Assembly (NCBI GenBank): GCA_047947115.1
Contig: CP170459.1
Location: 1,248,001 to 1,312,000, forward strand
DNA from: Verrucomicrobiota bacterium
Lineage (GTDB): Bacteria; Verrucomicrobiota; Verrucomicrobiia; Limisphaerales; AAA164-E04
DNA: 64,000 nt
Reading direction: 5' to 3'
Below, in pieces: positions 27,779 to 38,338 of the stretch; the first letter of the stretch is position 1; every line of letters begins with the position of its first letter. The notes below the pieces were generated by a model that was not told where the DNA came from, did not search any database, and worked only from the letters and a program-made list of their open reading frames with translations. The position numbers were made by a program, and so were the translations under genes.

Positions 27779-28147
27779 ATGACTCCTTTTCAAATCATTT
27801 TTAATCCGACCAGTGCTCGGGAGTTGTCCAAGTTGCCGAAGGAGCTTCAGTTGGATGTTCTCGGGGATTTTCGTGGGTTTCCGCAGGACGTGCGGTCCAG
27901 GGATCTGGATCGTTTCGGTAAGTTGGAACGTCAGGGTAAGCAGCTGTATCGCTATCGTCTTGGGGAATATCGCGTTTATTTTCAGAGATGTGATCTGGGG
28001 ATTATCGTTCATCGTATTCTGAACAAGAACACGTTGAAGGATTTCCTATTTCGCTCCAGTCTTCCAACGGGCGAAGATGAGGCGTTGCAGGAAAATCCGA
28101 AGTTCTGGGAGTTGATGGAGGTGAATCCTTCGTCCGGCGGCAACTGA
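27779..28147 (+). CDS. RelE/ParE-fold protein without adjacent antitoxin
   Basis: FQIIFNPTSARELSKLP...LYRYRLGEYRVYF...IIVHRI; ATG 27779 preferred over GTG 27683. Confidence 0.65.
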   Translation: MTPFQIIFNPTSARELSKLPKELQLDVLGDFRGFPQDVRSRDLDRFGKLERQGKQLYRYRLGEYRVYFQRCDLGIIVHRILNKNTLKDFLFRSSLPTGEDEALQENPKFWELMEVNPSSGGN

Positions 28148-28157
28148 GCTCTGGTGT

Positions 28158-28784
28158 TCAGGATACGTCTTCTCCGATTTCGACGTTCCAGTAGGCGATG
28201 TCCAAAAAGTGACGCCAGCTTGAGTGGCTGTTCAGTGTGAAGTTGACCTGCACGAATGGTCGCCATTTGGGGCGTTTCGGTTTGCGGATCAGATGCATGC
28301 CTGCTTCCGGCGGGGTGCGGTTGGCTTTGCGGGTGTTACAGGGAATGCAGGAGCAGACAATGTTTTCCCAGGTGGTTGGTCCTCCCCGGTCACGTGGAAC
28401 AACATGATCAAGGTTAAGCAATTTTCGCTCAAGAATTTTGCCGCAGTACTGGCACTGGTTTCGATCCCGCTCAAAGATGTTGTGGCGCGTGAATTTGACT
28501 TCTTTCTTCGGGAACCGGTCATACACCAACAGCAAAATGACTTTGGGTATCCCGATTTTGAATGAGATGGTGTTTATCTGGTCCTCTTCCCCGGATTCCT
28601 GTTCGACGGAGAAATCTTTCCATTCGCCGAAATCGTATGTGTGGAAGGCTCCGGTTGGGGATTCATAGACAACCTGGGCCCTTCCCTCGAAGAGAAGGGT
28701 CAATGCTCTGCGCGCCGAACAGACGTTGACTGCCTGCCAAAGTCGATTGAGCACGAGCACAGGTTGTTGCAATACACAAGCCAT
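28158..28784 (-). CDS. HNH endonuclease (McrA/HNH_5-like)
   Basis: VLVLN, RHNIFERD, CQYCG, LDHVVPRDRGG..WENIVCSCIPCNTRK; the ORF extends to 28847. Confidence 0.9.
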   Translation of the reverse strand: MACVLQQPVLVLNRLWQAVNVCSARRALTLLFEGRAQVVYESPTGAFHTYDFGEWKDFSVEQESGEEDQINTISFKIGIPKVILLLVYDRFPKKEVKFTRHNIFERDRNQCQYCGKILERKLLNLDHVVPRDRGGPTTWENIVCSCIPCNTRKANRTPPEAGMHLIRKPKRPKWRPFVQVNFTLNSHSSWRHFLDIAYWNVEIGEDVS

Positions 28785-28939
28785 GAGCTTTGCGAGGTTG
28801 CGTATTGTGCTAACAGAGGCGTTGACGTCTGTCAATTCACCGTTCATAAATGTAACCGGTTTATCGATGAAATGTCACACATAGCCCTCTTTTGGGGTGG
28901 TAGCATGACGTCGGTTCAATCCAAGTAAGGAATTTAAAT

Positions 28940-30589
28940 ATGCGAATAAAAATTTTGATGAATTGGGCGCTGGTTGGCTTGTTGGCGCTGCCGTTGATAT
29001 CGAATCAGGTGCGATCGCAGGGTGCGGATCAGGACTACATTGAGATTTACAAACTAATCAAGGAGGCGGATCAGTATCGCGATACGGGACTTGCCGAGCA
29101 AGCTGCCACCGCGTATGCGCAGGCTTCCAACAGGCTCCGTACCTTTCAAAAAACTAATCCTAGCTGGAACAACCGGGTGATAGATTTTCGTCTCAAGTAC
29201 ATTGCCAGGGAGATGGAGAAATTGCCCAGCGCCTCGATTCCCGCTCAATCTGCCATCGTTCAGTCTGCAGACGCCGTTGAGCTTGTATCCGAGGTCGATG
29301 AGCAAGTTGAGGCTGCCGTTGCGGAAGCCACTTCGGAGTTGGGCGGTCAGGTTCAGGCTTTGAATACCCGTATCGAGCAGTTGCAGGAAGAGAACAGGTT
29401 ATACATTGCCAGGCTGCGCGAGGCCATGGCCGCCAAACCGGCCGGTTTCAATCCTGAAGAGCTTCAACAAGCCGAAGCCCGCATCATGGATTTGCAAAAG
29501 GAGAAGGAATTATTGCTGGTTAAACTGGAGCAGGAAACCCGTTCTGGAGGTGCACCGGTTGACGGAATGCAAGCACAGTTGGAGGCGGCTCAATCCACGA
29601 TTGAACGGCAGGAGCAGTTGATCGCTTCACTCAAGAGGGAAGTAACCGACACGAGCGTTCCCAGTGCAGCTCCTGCCGATGCGGATCGTGATCAGCTTAT
29701 TCAGGAATTGATGGAACAGAATGCGCTGTTGCGCCGTCAGGTGCAGGAGTCATCTGTGAAAGTTGAAGCTCCGGTTTCCGTTCAACCTGTTCAAAAGACG
29801 CCCACCCGCAGCAGCGAAGGTTCGAGTCGCCGTGGATGGTGGCCCTTTTCACGCCGCAACAAGGATACGGATGATCGTTGGTTGCATGCCAAATTGGCGG
29901 CTTACGAAGCAGAGCGAGTTCCTTATGGTCCGGAAGAGCTGGCACTCATGGAAAAGAAAGATCCCAGCCAGATCGGGATCGAAAATGTGGCGCCGGCTCC
30001 TGTGGCGGGTTTGAATGCGGAGCAGGCTGCGACTGCTGCCCGACTGGAACGTGAAGCCCAGCAGTCAGCTGCTTCAGGAGATTTCAACACAGCAGCCAGC
30101 CGATTCAAAAGTATTTTGGAAATGGCTCCTGATAATGTGCACATTTTATCCAACCTGGCTTTGATCCAGATTCAAATGAATACCGTGCAAGATGCGGAAT
30201 CCACATTGCAGCGTGCGTTGACTCTGGACCCAAATCACACTTTCGCACTGTTTTTATCCGGACTGATGAAGATCAATCAGGGCGATTTTGAGGGTGCTTT
30301 GGGGTATCTTTCTCAAGCGGGTCGATTGGATCCCAACGATGCCGAAGTACAGAACCATTTGGGTGTTGTATTAAGTGAGCTTGGGCAGCGTGATGCCGGT
30401 GAAGCCGCCCTGAGAAAAGCCATCCAGCTTCAGCCCAGCTATCCGGACGCCCATATCAATCTTGCGGTGGTTTACGCCTCACAGGAACCGCCTTACAAGG
30501 AATTGGCCCGATACCATTACCAATTGGCCCAGCAAGCGGGTCACGGGAAGGATCCGCGCCTTGAACGGTTGATTGATGGGGCTGAATAA
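28940..30589 (+). CDS. Secreted coiled-coil plus tetratricopeptide-repeat protein
   Basis: Signal peptide, heptad-rich middle, C-terminal TPRs (ALTLDPN, LDPNDAEVQNHLG, AIQLQPSYPDAHINLA). Confidence 0.85.
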   Translation: MRIKILMNWALVGLLALPLISNQVRSQGADQDYIEIYKLIKEADQYRDTGLAEQAATAYAQASNRLRTFQKTNPSWNNRVIDFRLKYIAREMEKLPSASIPAQSAIVQSADAVELVSEVDEQVEAAVAEATSELGGQVQALNTRIEQLQEENRLYIARLREAMAAKPAGFNPEELQQAEARIMDLQKEKELLLVKLEQETRSGGAPVDGMQAQLEAAQSTIERQEQLIASLKREVTDTSVPSAAPADADRDQLIQELMEQNALLRRQVQESSVKVEAPVSVQPVQKTPTRSSEGSSRRGWWPFSRRNKDTDDRWLHAKLAAYEAERVPYGPEELALMEKKDPSQIGIENVAPAPVAGLNAEQAATAARLEREAQQSAASGDFNTAASRFKSILEMAPDNVHILSNLALIQIQMNTVQDAESTLQRALTLDPNHTFALFLSGLMKINQGDFEGALGYLSQAGRLDPNDAEVQNHLGVVLSELGQRDAGEAALRKAIQLQPSYPDAHINLAVVYASQEPPYKELARYHYQLAQQAGHGKDPRLERLIDGAE

Positions 30590-30629
30590 GGTTTGGGGCA
30601 ATCGTTTAATTAGTTTCAAGTCGGTTTCC

Positions 30630-31058
30630 ATGTCTTTGAGTCAGCATCAGCAGCGGTTGGATCTATCCACGTCGGGTCGCGGTTTGTTTGAGATCACAGC
30701 TGATGTGCAGGGTGTGCTTTCCGAATCGGGTTTGCGGCTGGGTACGGTGCAGTTGCTGGTTCGGCACACTTCCGCATCTTTAGTGATTCAGGAAAACGCG
30801 GATCCGGATGTGAAAACGGATCTCGAACGTTTTTTCAAGCGGCTATGTCCCGATGGAGATTCCATTTACGAACACACGTTGGAAGGTCCTGATGACATGC
30901 CGGCCCACGTGCGATGTGCACTGACTGCGGTGAGTTTGAACATCCCGTTCGATAACGGAAGACTCCTGCTTGGAACTTGGCAGGGAATTTATCTTTGGGA
31001 GCATCGAACGCACCCTCATCGCCGACAGGTTGTCGTGCACGTATTAGGTGAATCATGA
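30630..31058 (+). CDS. yjbQ: YjbQ/UPF0047 family protein
   Basis: HTSASLVIQENADPDV, HTLEGPDDMPAH, LGTWQGIYLWEHR. Confidence 0.92.
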   Translation: MSLSQHQQRLDLSTSGRGLFEITADVQGVLSESGLRLGTVQLLVRHTSASLVIQENADPDVKTDLERFFKRLCPDGDSIYEHTLEGPDDMPAHVRCALTAVSLNIPFDNGRLLLGTWQGIYLWEHRTHPHRRQVVVHVLGES

Positions 31059-33436
31059 TGGATCGATCTGTATTTCGTTCAGGGTACCTAGCTTCCTTGC
31101 TTGCCATGTGCGGTTTGAGGGCTGCGGTTGCTTTTGCAGATGATTTGGCCCCCCGTGAATGGGGGTTTGATGTACCCGAGATGTTTCCCATCGAGTCCCA
31201 GATCGAATTCCTGCAAACCGGTGATCTGGATGGTGACGGTCTGATAGATTTGGTTTTATCGAATCCCAGAAGGTCGGAAATGACCCTGCTGTTCAATCGC
31301 ACAGGTGCCGAAGAGGCCTCCGACTCAGGCGGAGCGGTTGAAAGTGGGACGAATGTATCTTCCATCAACGACCTACCTCCGGATGCGCGTTTTTTCAATG
31401 AATCGGTGCTGGTTCAAAGCCGGCTCAAAGGATTGCACGTTGCGGACCTGGATGGCGATCAACTCCCGGATCTGGTGACGTACGATGCTAAAAATGATTT
31501 GATGGTTCGCTGGAACCATAAGGAGAACCCCTGGGCCGAGGTGGTTGACTGGCGAATTGACGGCGGATTGACGGGGCAGCGCGTTTTGCAGTCGGCTGAT
31601 GTCAATGAGGATGGTTTGGTGGATCTGATGTTGATGGGGGAGCAATGGTTGGCCCTTTTCATGAATCAGGGCGAACGCCGGTTCGATCAACCTAAAAAGA
31701 TAAGATTGCCCAACGGGTTCTCGGAATATGCCGTTCAAGATTTGGATGGCGACGGTGTCAAAGACCTCCTGTTTCATGCTCCCAACAGAGAGGGCGGATT
31801 GTTGGTGACATTTCGTCACAATCAATCTTTCACCACCTTGAGTCAGATTGCCTCGTCTCCCTTGGGGCAGATTCAATGGCTGCGGCAGGGGAATGACGAC
31901 TCTCTCAGTGCACTTGGTATTTCCGATCAACGCGATCAGCTGATGGTTTTTCATTTGAACTCATCGAATACGAATCATCGAGGGGATATCGGTTTGAGAA
32001 CGGATAGCCACTATTTGAAATTCCCGGATTTTGGTGGTGTGAAGCGAGGTATTTGTTGGGCGGATTTGAATGGAGATCAGCAGCCCGATTGTCTGGCAGC
32101 GGATCTAGACGCCGGTTTGATTCATGTTTATTTATCCAATGGCCATGGCCGTTGGGATCAGCCCAGGACCTTTCCATCCCTGACCGGCGTCCAGGAACTT
32201 GTATCATTTGATTGGGACGGAGACAAAGTGGCCGAGGTGTTTGTATTGAGTCGGGATGAGAATCAGATCGGTGTGTCCAAGTGGAATTCCGGCAATCAAT
32301 CCTTATCCTACCCTGAGCGAATTCCCGGTCTGGTCAATCCGCTCGTCATGACTTCTGGTCTGCATGGCAATGATCGATACCTTGTGGTCCTGTTGGAAAA
32401 GGACGGAGCTTGGGAACTGGCCGAGGTGGATCATCAGTTCGAGTTGACCACGCAATCTTTCGAGAAAAAGCATAGTGGTCATCCCGAGAGATTGATGGAG
32501 CATGACATGGATCAGGATGGGGTGGAGGATTTTATTGTATTCACCCCGTATGAACCGCTGGCTTGTTTTCGTCGACAAGGCGGTGGTGGCGCATTTGAAC
32601 TGTTTGATTTGTCACTTCCGGGAGGGACTTGGCAGCGCGGATGGGCCAATGTCGGGGACTTGAATTCGGACGGAGTGGCCGATTTGATTCTGCCGTTCAA
32701 CAATTTGATCCGGGCTTTCAAGATGGCACCGGTTCGGGAGAGCCATGCGTCTGCTGAAGGAACCACACAGTGGGAGCTTCAGGTAGTGCAGCAAATCAAT
32801 GGTCCAACCGGAAACTCGCATTTGCTGTCCGGTTTGGTGTTGGCGTCTTACGGGGAACAAACTGCAAAGGTGCTATTGTTGGATGAAGCGGAGAACCAGT
32901 TGCATCTGGCGCTTCAGGACAGCATGGGCGTTTGGAGGATTCAGGAGAGCCAGAAGCTGTTTTTAGAATCCGGTTTGCAGTTGTCCCAGCTCGAAATACA
33001 AGATTCCGTTAAAGGGCCTCGGATTCTTTGCCAGGGAAAACAAGATGCGTTGGTGCTGGATCTGGGGACGCGTCAACCGGAATTGCTGTCTTTGAGTTCA
33101 CTGCGGTCCGAGACCAAAAATGCACAGTATCTGCGGGTTTATGGGGCAGATTTTAATGGGGACAATCAACTGGAGTTGTTTGGTTTGGAATCCCGGGAAC
33201 ATGCCGTTGAGTGCGTGGCATGGGGAAGTCAGAATATTTTGAAGCCACTGAATCGCTGGCAGGTTTTTGAATCCAGGAGTTACCGGAACCAGGGCGCCGC
33301 TTTTCCTGAGCCACGGGAAGGGCTTATTCAGGACCTGACCGGGGATGGGCTGTTGGATTTTTGTCTGATCGTGCATGATCGGATTATTTTATATCCTCAG
33401 AGAGATTCATGGAACGAGCAGACATCCGGGCAATAA
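31055..33436 (+). CDS. Secreted FG-GAP/VCBS repeat protein
   Basis: Many DLDGDGxxD-type Ca-binding repeats after a signal peptide. Confidence 0.85.
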   Translation: MMDRSVFRSGYLASLLAMCGLRAAVAFADDLAPREWGFDVPEMFPIESQIEFLQTGDLDGDGLIDLVLSNPRRSEMTLLFNRTGAEEASDSGGAVESGTNVSSINDLPPDARFFNESVLVQSRLKGLHVADLDGDQLPDLVTYDAKNDLMVRWNHKENPWAEVVDWRIDGGLTGQRVLQSADVNEDGLVDLMLMGEQWLALFMNQGERRFDQPKKIRLPNGFSEYAVQDLDGDGVKDLLFHAPNREGGLLVTFRHNQSFTTLSQIASSPLGQIQWLRQGNDDSLSALGISDQRDQLMVFHLNSSNTNHRGDIGLRTDSHYLKFPDFGGVKRGICWADLNGDQQPDCLAADLDAGLIHVYLSNGHGRWDQPRTFPSLTGVQELVSFDWDGDKVAEVFVLSRDENQIGVSKWNSGNQSLSYPERIPGLVNPLVMTSGLHGNDRYLVVLLEKDGAWELAEVDHQFELTTQSFEKKHSGHPERLMEHDMDQDGVEDFIVFTPYEPLACFRRQGGGGAFELFDLSLPGGTWQRGWANVGDLNSDGVADLILPFNNLIRAFKMAPVRESHASAEGTTQWELQVVQQINGPTGNSHLLSGLVLASYGEQTAKVLLLDEAENQLHLALQDSMGVWRIQESQKLFLESGLQLSQLEIQDSVKGPRILCQGKQDALVLDLGTRQPELLSLSSLRSETKNAQYLRVYGADFNGDNQLELFGLESREHAVECVAWGSQNILKPLNRWQVFESRSYRNQGAAFPEPREGLIQDLTGDGLLDFCLIVHDRIILYPQRDSWNEQTSGQ

Positions 33437-34134
33437 ATCCCTCGGCCCGTACCGTTCAAGAGCACCTCCTCTGGGACGAGTATATCCTTAGAGCATGTGA
33501 TCGGGGAAAATTGGGTCCCACATTGAGGTTTTGGAAAGTCTGCGAGCCGGCTGTGGTGCTTGGATATTCCGGCAAGATCCATCGCGAGGTTAGGTTGGAA
33601 GTGTGTCGAAAAATGGGAATCCCGGTGGTTCGGCGCACAAGTGGAGGTGGAACAGTTTTGTTGGATCCCGGAAGTTTGAATTACAGTTTGGTGCTGCCCA
33701 TGCATTGGCATCCGTCACTCATTTCCGTCAGTTCTACCAATCAATTCATCATGAATCGGCATCAGTTGGCGATTGCTGCCTTGACAGGTGAGGTGGTGGA
33801 TCTGGAAGGAGACACCGATCTCGCCATTCGTGGCAGAAAGGTCTCGGGCAATGCGCAGCGTCGCATGAAATCGGCCATTCTCTTCCATGGAACTTTCCTT
33901 TGTGAGATCAACCACGACCTCATGGAGCAGGTGTTGCCCTGTCCAGACCGACAGCCAAAGTATCGAAAAGGTAGAAAACACATTCATTTTTTGAGAAAAT
34001 TGTCATTTGATGAGATATTGGTCCGTCAGTCTATTCAGGATTGTTGGCATTGCTCAGGAGATCAACCATTTGAATGGGTGGTGGACCAGTCTCTGATGAG
34101 GGAAGCTGAAGAGCGTTTTGTGCGGGAATCGTGA
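33409..34134 (+). CDS. Lipoate-protein ligase A family protein
   Basis: VVRRTSGGGTV, LNYSL, RKVSGNAQ, HGT. Confidence 0.88.
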   Translation: MERADIRAINPSARTVQEHLLWDEYILRACDRGKLGPTLRFWKVCEPAVVLGYSGKIHREVRLEVCRKMGIPVVRRTSGGGTVLLDPGSLNYSLVLPMHWHPSLISVSSTNQFIMNRHQLAIAALTGEVVDLEGDTDLAIRGRKVSGNAQRRMKSAILFHGTFLCEINHDLMEQVLPCPDRQPKYRKGRKHIHFLRKLSFDEILVRQSIQDCWHCSGDQPFEWVVDQSLMREAEERFVRES

Positions 34135-34263
34135 TCCGTTTCATCAACGTTGGACCATTCAGGATAAAAAAGTTACAAGAATAATAACAGGGGTTTGGAT
34201 TTGGTTTTACAAGGAACCGAAGAAACGGCATGATCCGTGCTTTGTAGGGGGAATTATCACAAT

Positions 34264-35511
34264 ATGCGAAAAAAGCATAAGAACAGATTCAAAACGACCC
34301 AAAGTGCATGGGTGCTGGGAGGTTTGGCGGGTATGGGCTTGCAGGCCCAAGCCGTTGAACCCGATGATGTGTTGCATTTTAAGGTTGGGAATGTCCATAT
34401 CCGGCCGCAGTTCGGCACCGGGTTGAATTATAACGACAACATCTTTTTTCGCAGCACGAACCCTGCCGACACGGTTTTATTCGGACCAAAGGAAGGGGAT
34501 TTGATTGCGAATGTGAATCCAGGTGTTTCCTTCACCCTGGGGCGAAACGAGATCAATACCCTTTCACTCACTTATCGGCATGACCATCGGTTCTATACAG
34601 ATCACTCGGAAGTCAGTTCAGGAGATCACGCTCTGAGTCTGGCTGGCGCTGTCACCAGCGGCAAAGTGCGGATTTCAACGGACCATTCATTGAGCTACTT
34701 AACGGGTATACAAGGGGGAAATAGTTTGATCATACAACAAAATGATCGCGTCCAACTTCAAGACCAGCTGCGTGTCAGCCTAGATGTGACCCCCAAGAGT
34801 GACATTTACGTCGACGGTTCATACAGTTTGACGGATCAGGATGAAAGTTCTCAGTTTTCAGATTTCAATTCATGGCGTACTGCTGGCGGATATGGATTCA
34901 AATACAGTGAAAACCTCAGATTTTTCAGTCAATTAAGCTATGGAGTTCAGGAAACCAGTGCACAGTCGGGAAATTCCCGAGAGTGGGATTTCATAGGCGG
35001 CAGCTTTGGCGCGGAAGGCAATTTTACGGAAAAACTAACCGGAACCCTTCAGTTTGGCTATCAGCGGCGTAGTTCTGACATAACCGGAGCCAGTGACGGC
35101 GCCCCTACTGTGACCGCCGAATTGGAACAAATACTTGGTGATCGCACGATGGTGGCCTTGTCCTACAGCCGCGTCAACCAAGTCAACATGGATGCCTTTG
35201 ATACCGCATCCGTGTCGGATTCGTTTCGTCTGACATTGCGACGAGCGTTGGGAAATCGAGAAAAATGGTTTGCCTCCGTTTACGGGAGTTACTACCAGAA
35301 TGACTTTTCTGGTTCGGGAGGCGGTTCTCAGGGGCGTTCGGACACATCGATGGGGTTCGGGGCCGCTTTGGACTACCGCATTCAGGAATGGATGACCACC
35401 CAGTTCAGCTATTCCTTCGCCGATTTTTCAGCTGATCTGCCATTCTCATCGAGGAGTTCTGTTGACTATCAAGTAAATCAGGTTAATCTATCTGCCAAAT
35501 TTGGCTTCTAA
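34264..35511 (+). CDS. Outer-membrane beta-barrel associated with polysaccharide export
   Basis: Signal peptide, YNDNIF motif, alternating beta-strands, C-terminal Phe (AKFGF); directly upstream of OPX and Wzc. Confidence 0.78.
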   Translation: MRKKHKNRFKTTQSAWVLGGLAGMGLQAQAVEPDDVLHFKVGNVHIRPQFGTGLNYNDNIFFRSTNPADTVLFGPKEGDLIANVNPGVSFTLGRNEINTLSLTYRHDHRFYTDHSEVSSGDHALSLAGAVTSGKVRISTDHSLSYLTGIQGGNSLIIQQNDRVQLQDQLRVSLDVTPKSDIYVDGSYSLTDQDESSQFSDFNSWRTAGGYGFKYSENLRFFSQLSYGVQETSAQSGNSREWDFIGGSFGAEGNFTEKLTGTLQFGYQRRSSDITGASDGAPTVTAELEQILGDRTMVALSYSRVNQVNMDAFDTASVSDSFRLTLRRALGNREKWFASVYGSYYQNDFSGSGGGSQGRSDTSMGFGAALDYRIQEWMTTQFSYSFADFSADLPFSSRSSVDYQVNQVNLSAKFGF

Positions 35512-35514
35512 ATC

Positions 35515-36093
35515 ATGAAATCCTTTTCCTATTTTTTCATTCAGCTCACACTTGGGATCCTTATGGTTTCTGAAACCTTGTTGGCTCAGTCTCCAATGGC
35601 TTCTGATTATAAAGTGAAGCCGGAGGATTTGTTAAGCATCGAGGTGTTCAGAGAGCCAGATCTGACGGTTCCAGCAGTCCGTGTTGAGGCCTCTGGAACG
35701 ATTACCATGTATTTGCTCGATGAAATTCCCGTGGCGGGACGAACCGTGCGCGAGATTCAGGATGATATTGCGAAGAGGTTAAAGGATGGTTACATCAAGA
35801 ATCCTCAGGTCAAGGTTCAGGTTGAATTTACAGATCAGTTTTTTACAATTATTGGAGAGGTGGTTATCGACGGGATGTACGAACTCCCCAACGAGAAACG
35901 AATGGATTTGACCGAAGCTATTGCCAAGGCCAACGGTTTCACTCCGAACGCCAAGAAATCCCGAATCGAACTATGGCGAAGCGGAGAAAAGAAAACTTAC
36001 GATTTTGACGAGCTGCTGCAAATCAAAGAAGATGAGAATAAGATCTTCATTCGACCAGGGGACAAAATCGTCGTGCCGGCTCGATTCTTTTAA
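35515..36093 (+). CDS. Short OPX (Wza-like) polysaccharide export protein
   Basis: DYKVKPEDLLSIEVFREPDL Poly_export domain plus one SLBB (IIGEV..GMY..AIAKANGFT). Confidence 0.88.
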   Translation: MKSFSYFFIQLTLGILMVSETLLAQSPMASDYKVKPEDLLSIEVFREPDLTVPAVRVEASGTITMYLLDEIPVAGRTVREIQDDIAKRLKDGYIKNPQVKVQVEFTDQFFTIIGEVVIDGMYELPNEKRMDLTEAIAKANGFTPNAKKSRIELWRSGEKKTYDFDELLQIKEDENKIFIRPGDKIVVPARFF

Positions 36094-36117
36094 TCAATAA
36101 CCCTATCTCATTTTTGC

Positions 36118-38319
36118 ATGGAACCGAACGCCCCATCTGGAAACACTGAATTTTCCGCCTCAGAGAGCTTGAATCTGCGTCATTACTGGCATGTTATGCT
36201 TGAACGCAGATGGCTCGTGATCACCGCCTTTATCTCGGTTTTCATCCTGAGCATCATCTATCTCGTCAAGGCAACCCCGATCTATCAGGCGACAGCGATA
36301 CTTCAAATCAACAAGGAGTCGAACAGTGTCATGGATATCGGGGCTCCGATCGTTTTTAATTCCAACGATCAGGAGTATTTGCAGACCCAATATAAGAACT
36401 TGGTCAGCCGCTCCTTGATTGAATCTGTGGTGGAGGATCTGGATTTAAAAAAGGACGAACGTTATGTGGATGCTCAAGATACCGTTCGAGCTGTTAGAGA
36501 CGATATTTCAATATCCCCTGTGAGACTCAGTCGCTTGGTGGAAGTTTCTGTCGAGCATCCTTCGCCCAGAGTGGCTGCAGAAATAACCAACAAGCTCTTG
36601 CAGAATTTTTTGGCTCTCAACCAGGACCAGAAGCGTGATCGAGCATTGGATTCCTACAACTTTCTCACTTCTCAGGTGCAGGGACTGGCGAACGATGTCC
36701 GCCAGGCTCGAAGAGCTGTTTTCGATTTTCGTAAAAAAGAACAAATGCCTTCTCTGGAAGAAAGTCAGAATACCCTGAAGGCTCAGCTTGATCAGGCCAA
36801 TGCGAATTACCTGCAAGCACAGGAAGAGGCGGTTCAGGCCCAGCAGAGACTTGACACGGTTAATAATTTGATTGCCGAGATGAAATCGGAAAACCGTGAG
36901 CTGGACATTTCTTCCATCCCTGAAATCGCGAGTTCCGTCATTATCCAGGGTCTCCGAATTGATCGAGCAAGAGCTCAAGCCGAATTAGCCAAGTTGGAGG
37001 AGCGATATCTGGAAAAGTGGCCTGCCGTCAAAGAGGCAAAGGAGCAAATAGAGGAATATACCAATCGTATTCAGGAACAGGCCCAATACGAACTCGAGGC
37101 GCTCAAGACAGCCGCTCGTTTTTCGAGAGCGAAAGCTGATCGGGCCAAGGCTTCCTACGAGTTGGCTCAGCGGGAGATGAGCCGCCTGAACGAACTTAAG
37201 GTGGAATATGACAACCTCGTCATGGAGCAGGAGCAAAGCGAGCAGATTTATTTGACGATGCTTGGTAAAACTAAGGAAATGGACCTGAATACTAAGGACA
37301 TGTACCAGAATCTGGTTATTGTTGACCAAGCCATCGTTCCGTTTAGTCCTGTCAAACCCAGGAAGGCTCTCACACTTCTTCTGGGGATGATTGGTGGCAT
37401 GGGATTGGGTTTCGCTTTGGCCTTCTTCGCGAATTATCTGGATGACTCGGTCAAGAGTCAGGACGATGTAGAAACTTACCTCAAATTGAACTTTTTGGGG
37501 TATATTCCCAACATCAAATCCAATTCTCTGGTGGAACGCGATCAACAGGCGCATCTCCATCCGCAGTCCAATGCGGCGGAGGGATTCAGAACAGTCCGGG
37601 CAGCGATTTCACTCGTTCACAAATCGGACAAGTTCAAAGTATTGGCCTTCACCAGTACGATTCCATCTGAAGGAAAATCGCTGGTCACTTCCAATCTGGC
37701 CATTGTGACCGCTCAGACAGGGGTCAGAACCTTGTTGATCGATGCCGACCTGCGTCGTCCATCCATGCACAAGGCATTTCAGATGCAGAGCCCTGTTGGA
37801 CTATCAGCCTATCTAACTGGACAGGTGACAGATGTCGATGAGATCATCCGTAAAACCGAGATTCCGAATCTGGATATCATGTGTTGTGGAGCGGTTCCTG
37901 ATAACCCCTCTGAATTGGTCGGATCCAAGAAAATGGGAGAATTGCTGAACGCTGTGAGGGACAAGTATGATCGTGTTTTCGTTGATTGTCCCCCTGTTTC
38001 GGCTGTGAGTGATCCTCTGATGGTGGCTTCAAGAACGGACGGCATTGTGTTTGTCACCAAATTCAACAAGATCCGTCGGGATCATGCACGCCGCACTGTC
38101 CAACGTATTCAGGATGCTGGAGTGTTTATTCTGGGGAATGTCATCAACGATATTGATTTCGAAGGTAAGGATTCTTACTATTATTCCTACTACTACTACC
38201 AGAATCGCTACTACGCATCCTATTACAGTAATGAAAAGAATCAGAAAGGCGGCAAGTCTGACAAAGGCAACCTCGCCACCAAGGGAAAAGGCAAACAGGA
38301 TGACCAATCGGCTGCCTGA
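36118..38319 (+). CDS. wzc: Wzc-like polysaccharide co-polymerase / BY-kinase
   Basis: Two TM segments, coiled coil, Walker A STIPSEGKS, IDADLRRP, VDCPP, C-terminal Tyr cluster DSYYYSYYYYQNRYYASYY. Confidence 0.92.
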   Translation: MEPNAPSGNTEFSASESLNLRHYWHVMLERRWLVITAFISVFILSIIYLVKATPIYQATAILQINKESNSVMDIGAPIVFNSNDQEYLQTQYKNLVSRSLIESVVEDLDLKKDERYVDAQDTVRAVRDDISISPVRLSRLVEVSVEHPSPRVAAEITNKLLQNFLALNQDQKRDRALDSYNFLTSQVQGLANDVRQARRAVFDFRKKEQMPSLEESQNTLKAQLDQANANYLQAQEEAVQAQQRLDTVNNLIAEMKSENRELDISSIPEIASSVIIQGLRIDRARAQAELAKLEERYLEKWPAVKEAKEQIEEYTNRIQEQAQYELEALKTAARFSRAKADRAKASYELAQREMSRLNELKVEYDNLVMEQEQSEQIYLTMLGKTKEMDLNTKDMYQNLVIVDQAIVPFSPVKPRKALTLLLGMIGGMGLGFALAFFANYLDDSVKSQDDVETYLKLNFLGYIPNIKSNSLVERDQQAHLHPQSNAAEGFRTVRAAISLVHKSDKFKVLAFTSTIPSEGKSLVTSNLAIVTAQTGVRTLLIDADLRRPSMHKAFQMQSPVGLSAYLTGQVTDVDEIIRKTEIPNLDIMCCGAVPDNPSELVGSKKMGELLNAVRDKYDRVFVDCPPVSAVSDPLMVASRTDGIVFVTKFNKIRRDHARRTVQRIQDAGVFILGNVINDIDFEGKDSYYYSYYYYQNRYYASYYSNEKNQKGGKSDKGNLATKGKGKQDDQSAA

Positions 38320-38338
38320 ACAAGGCTGGCAATTGGGA

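Noticed and set aside
38172..38226. TAC/TAT microsatellite as a phase-variation tract
   Set aside because: It encodes the normal Tyr autophosphorylation cluster of Wzc.
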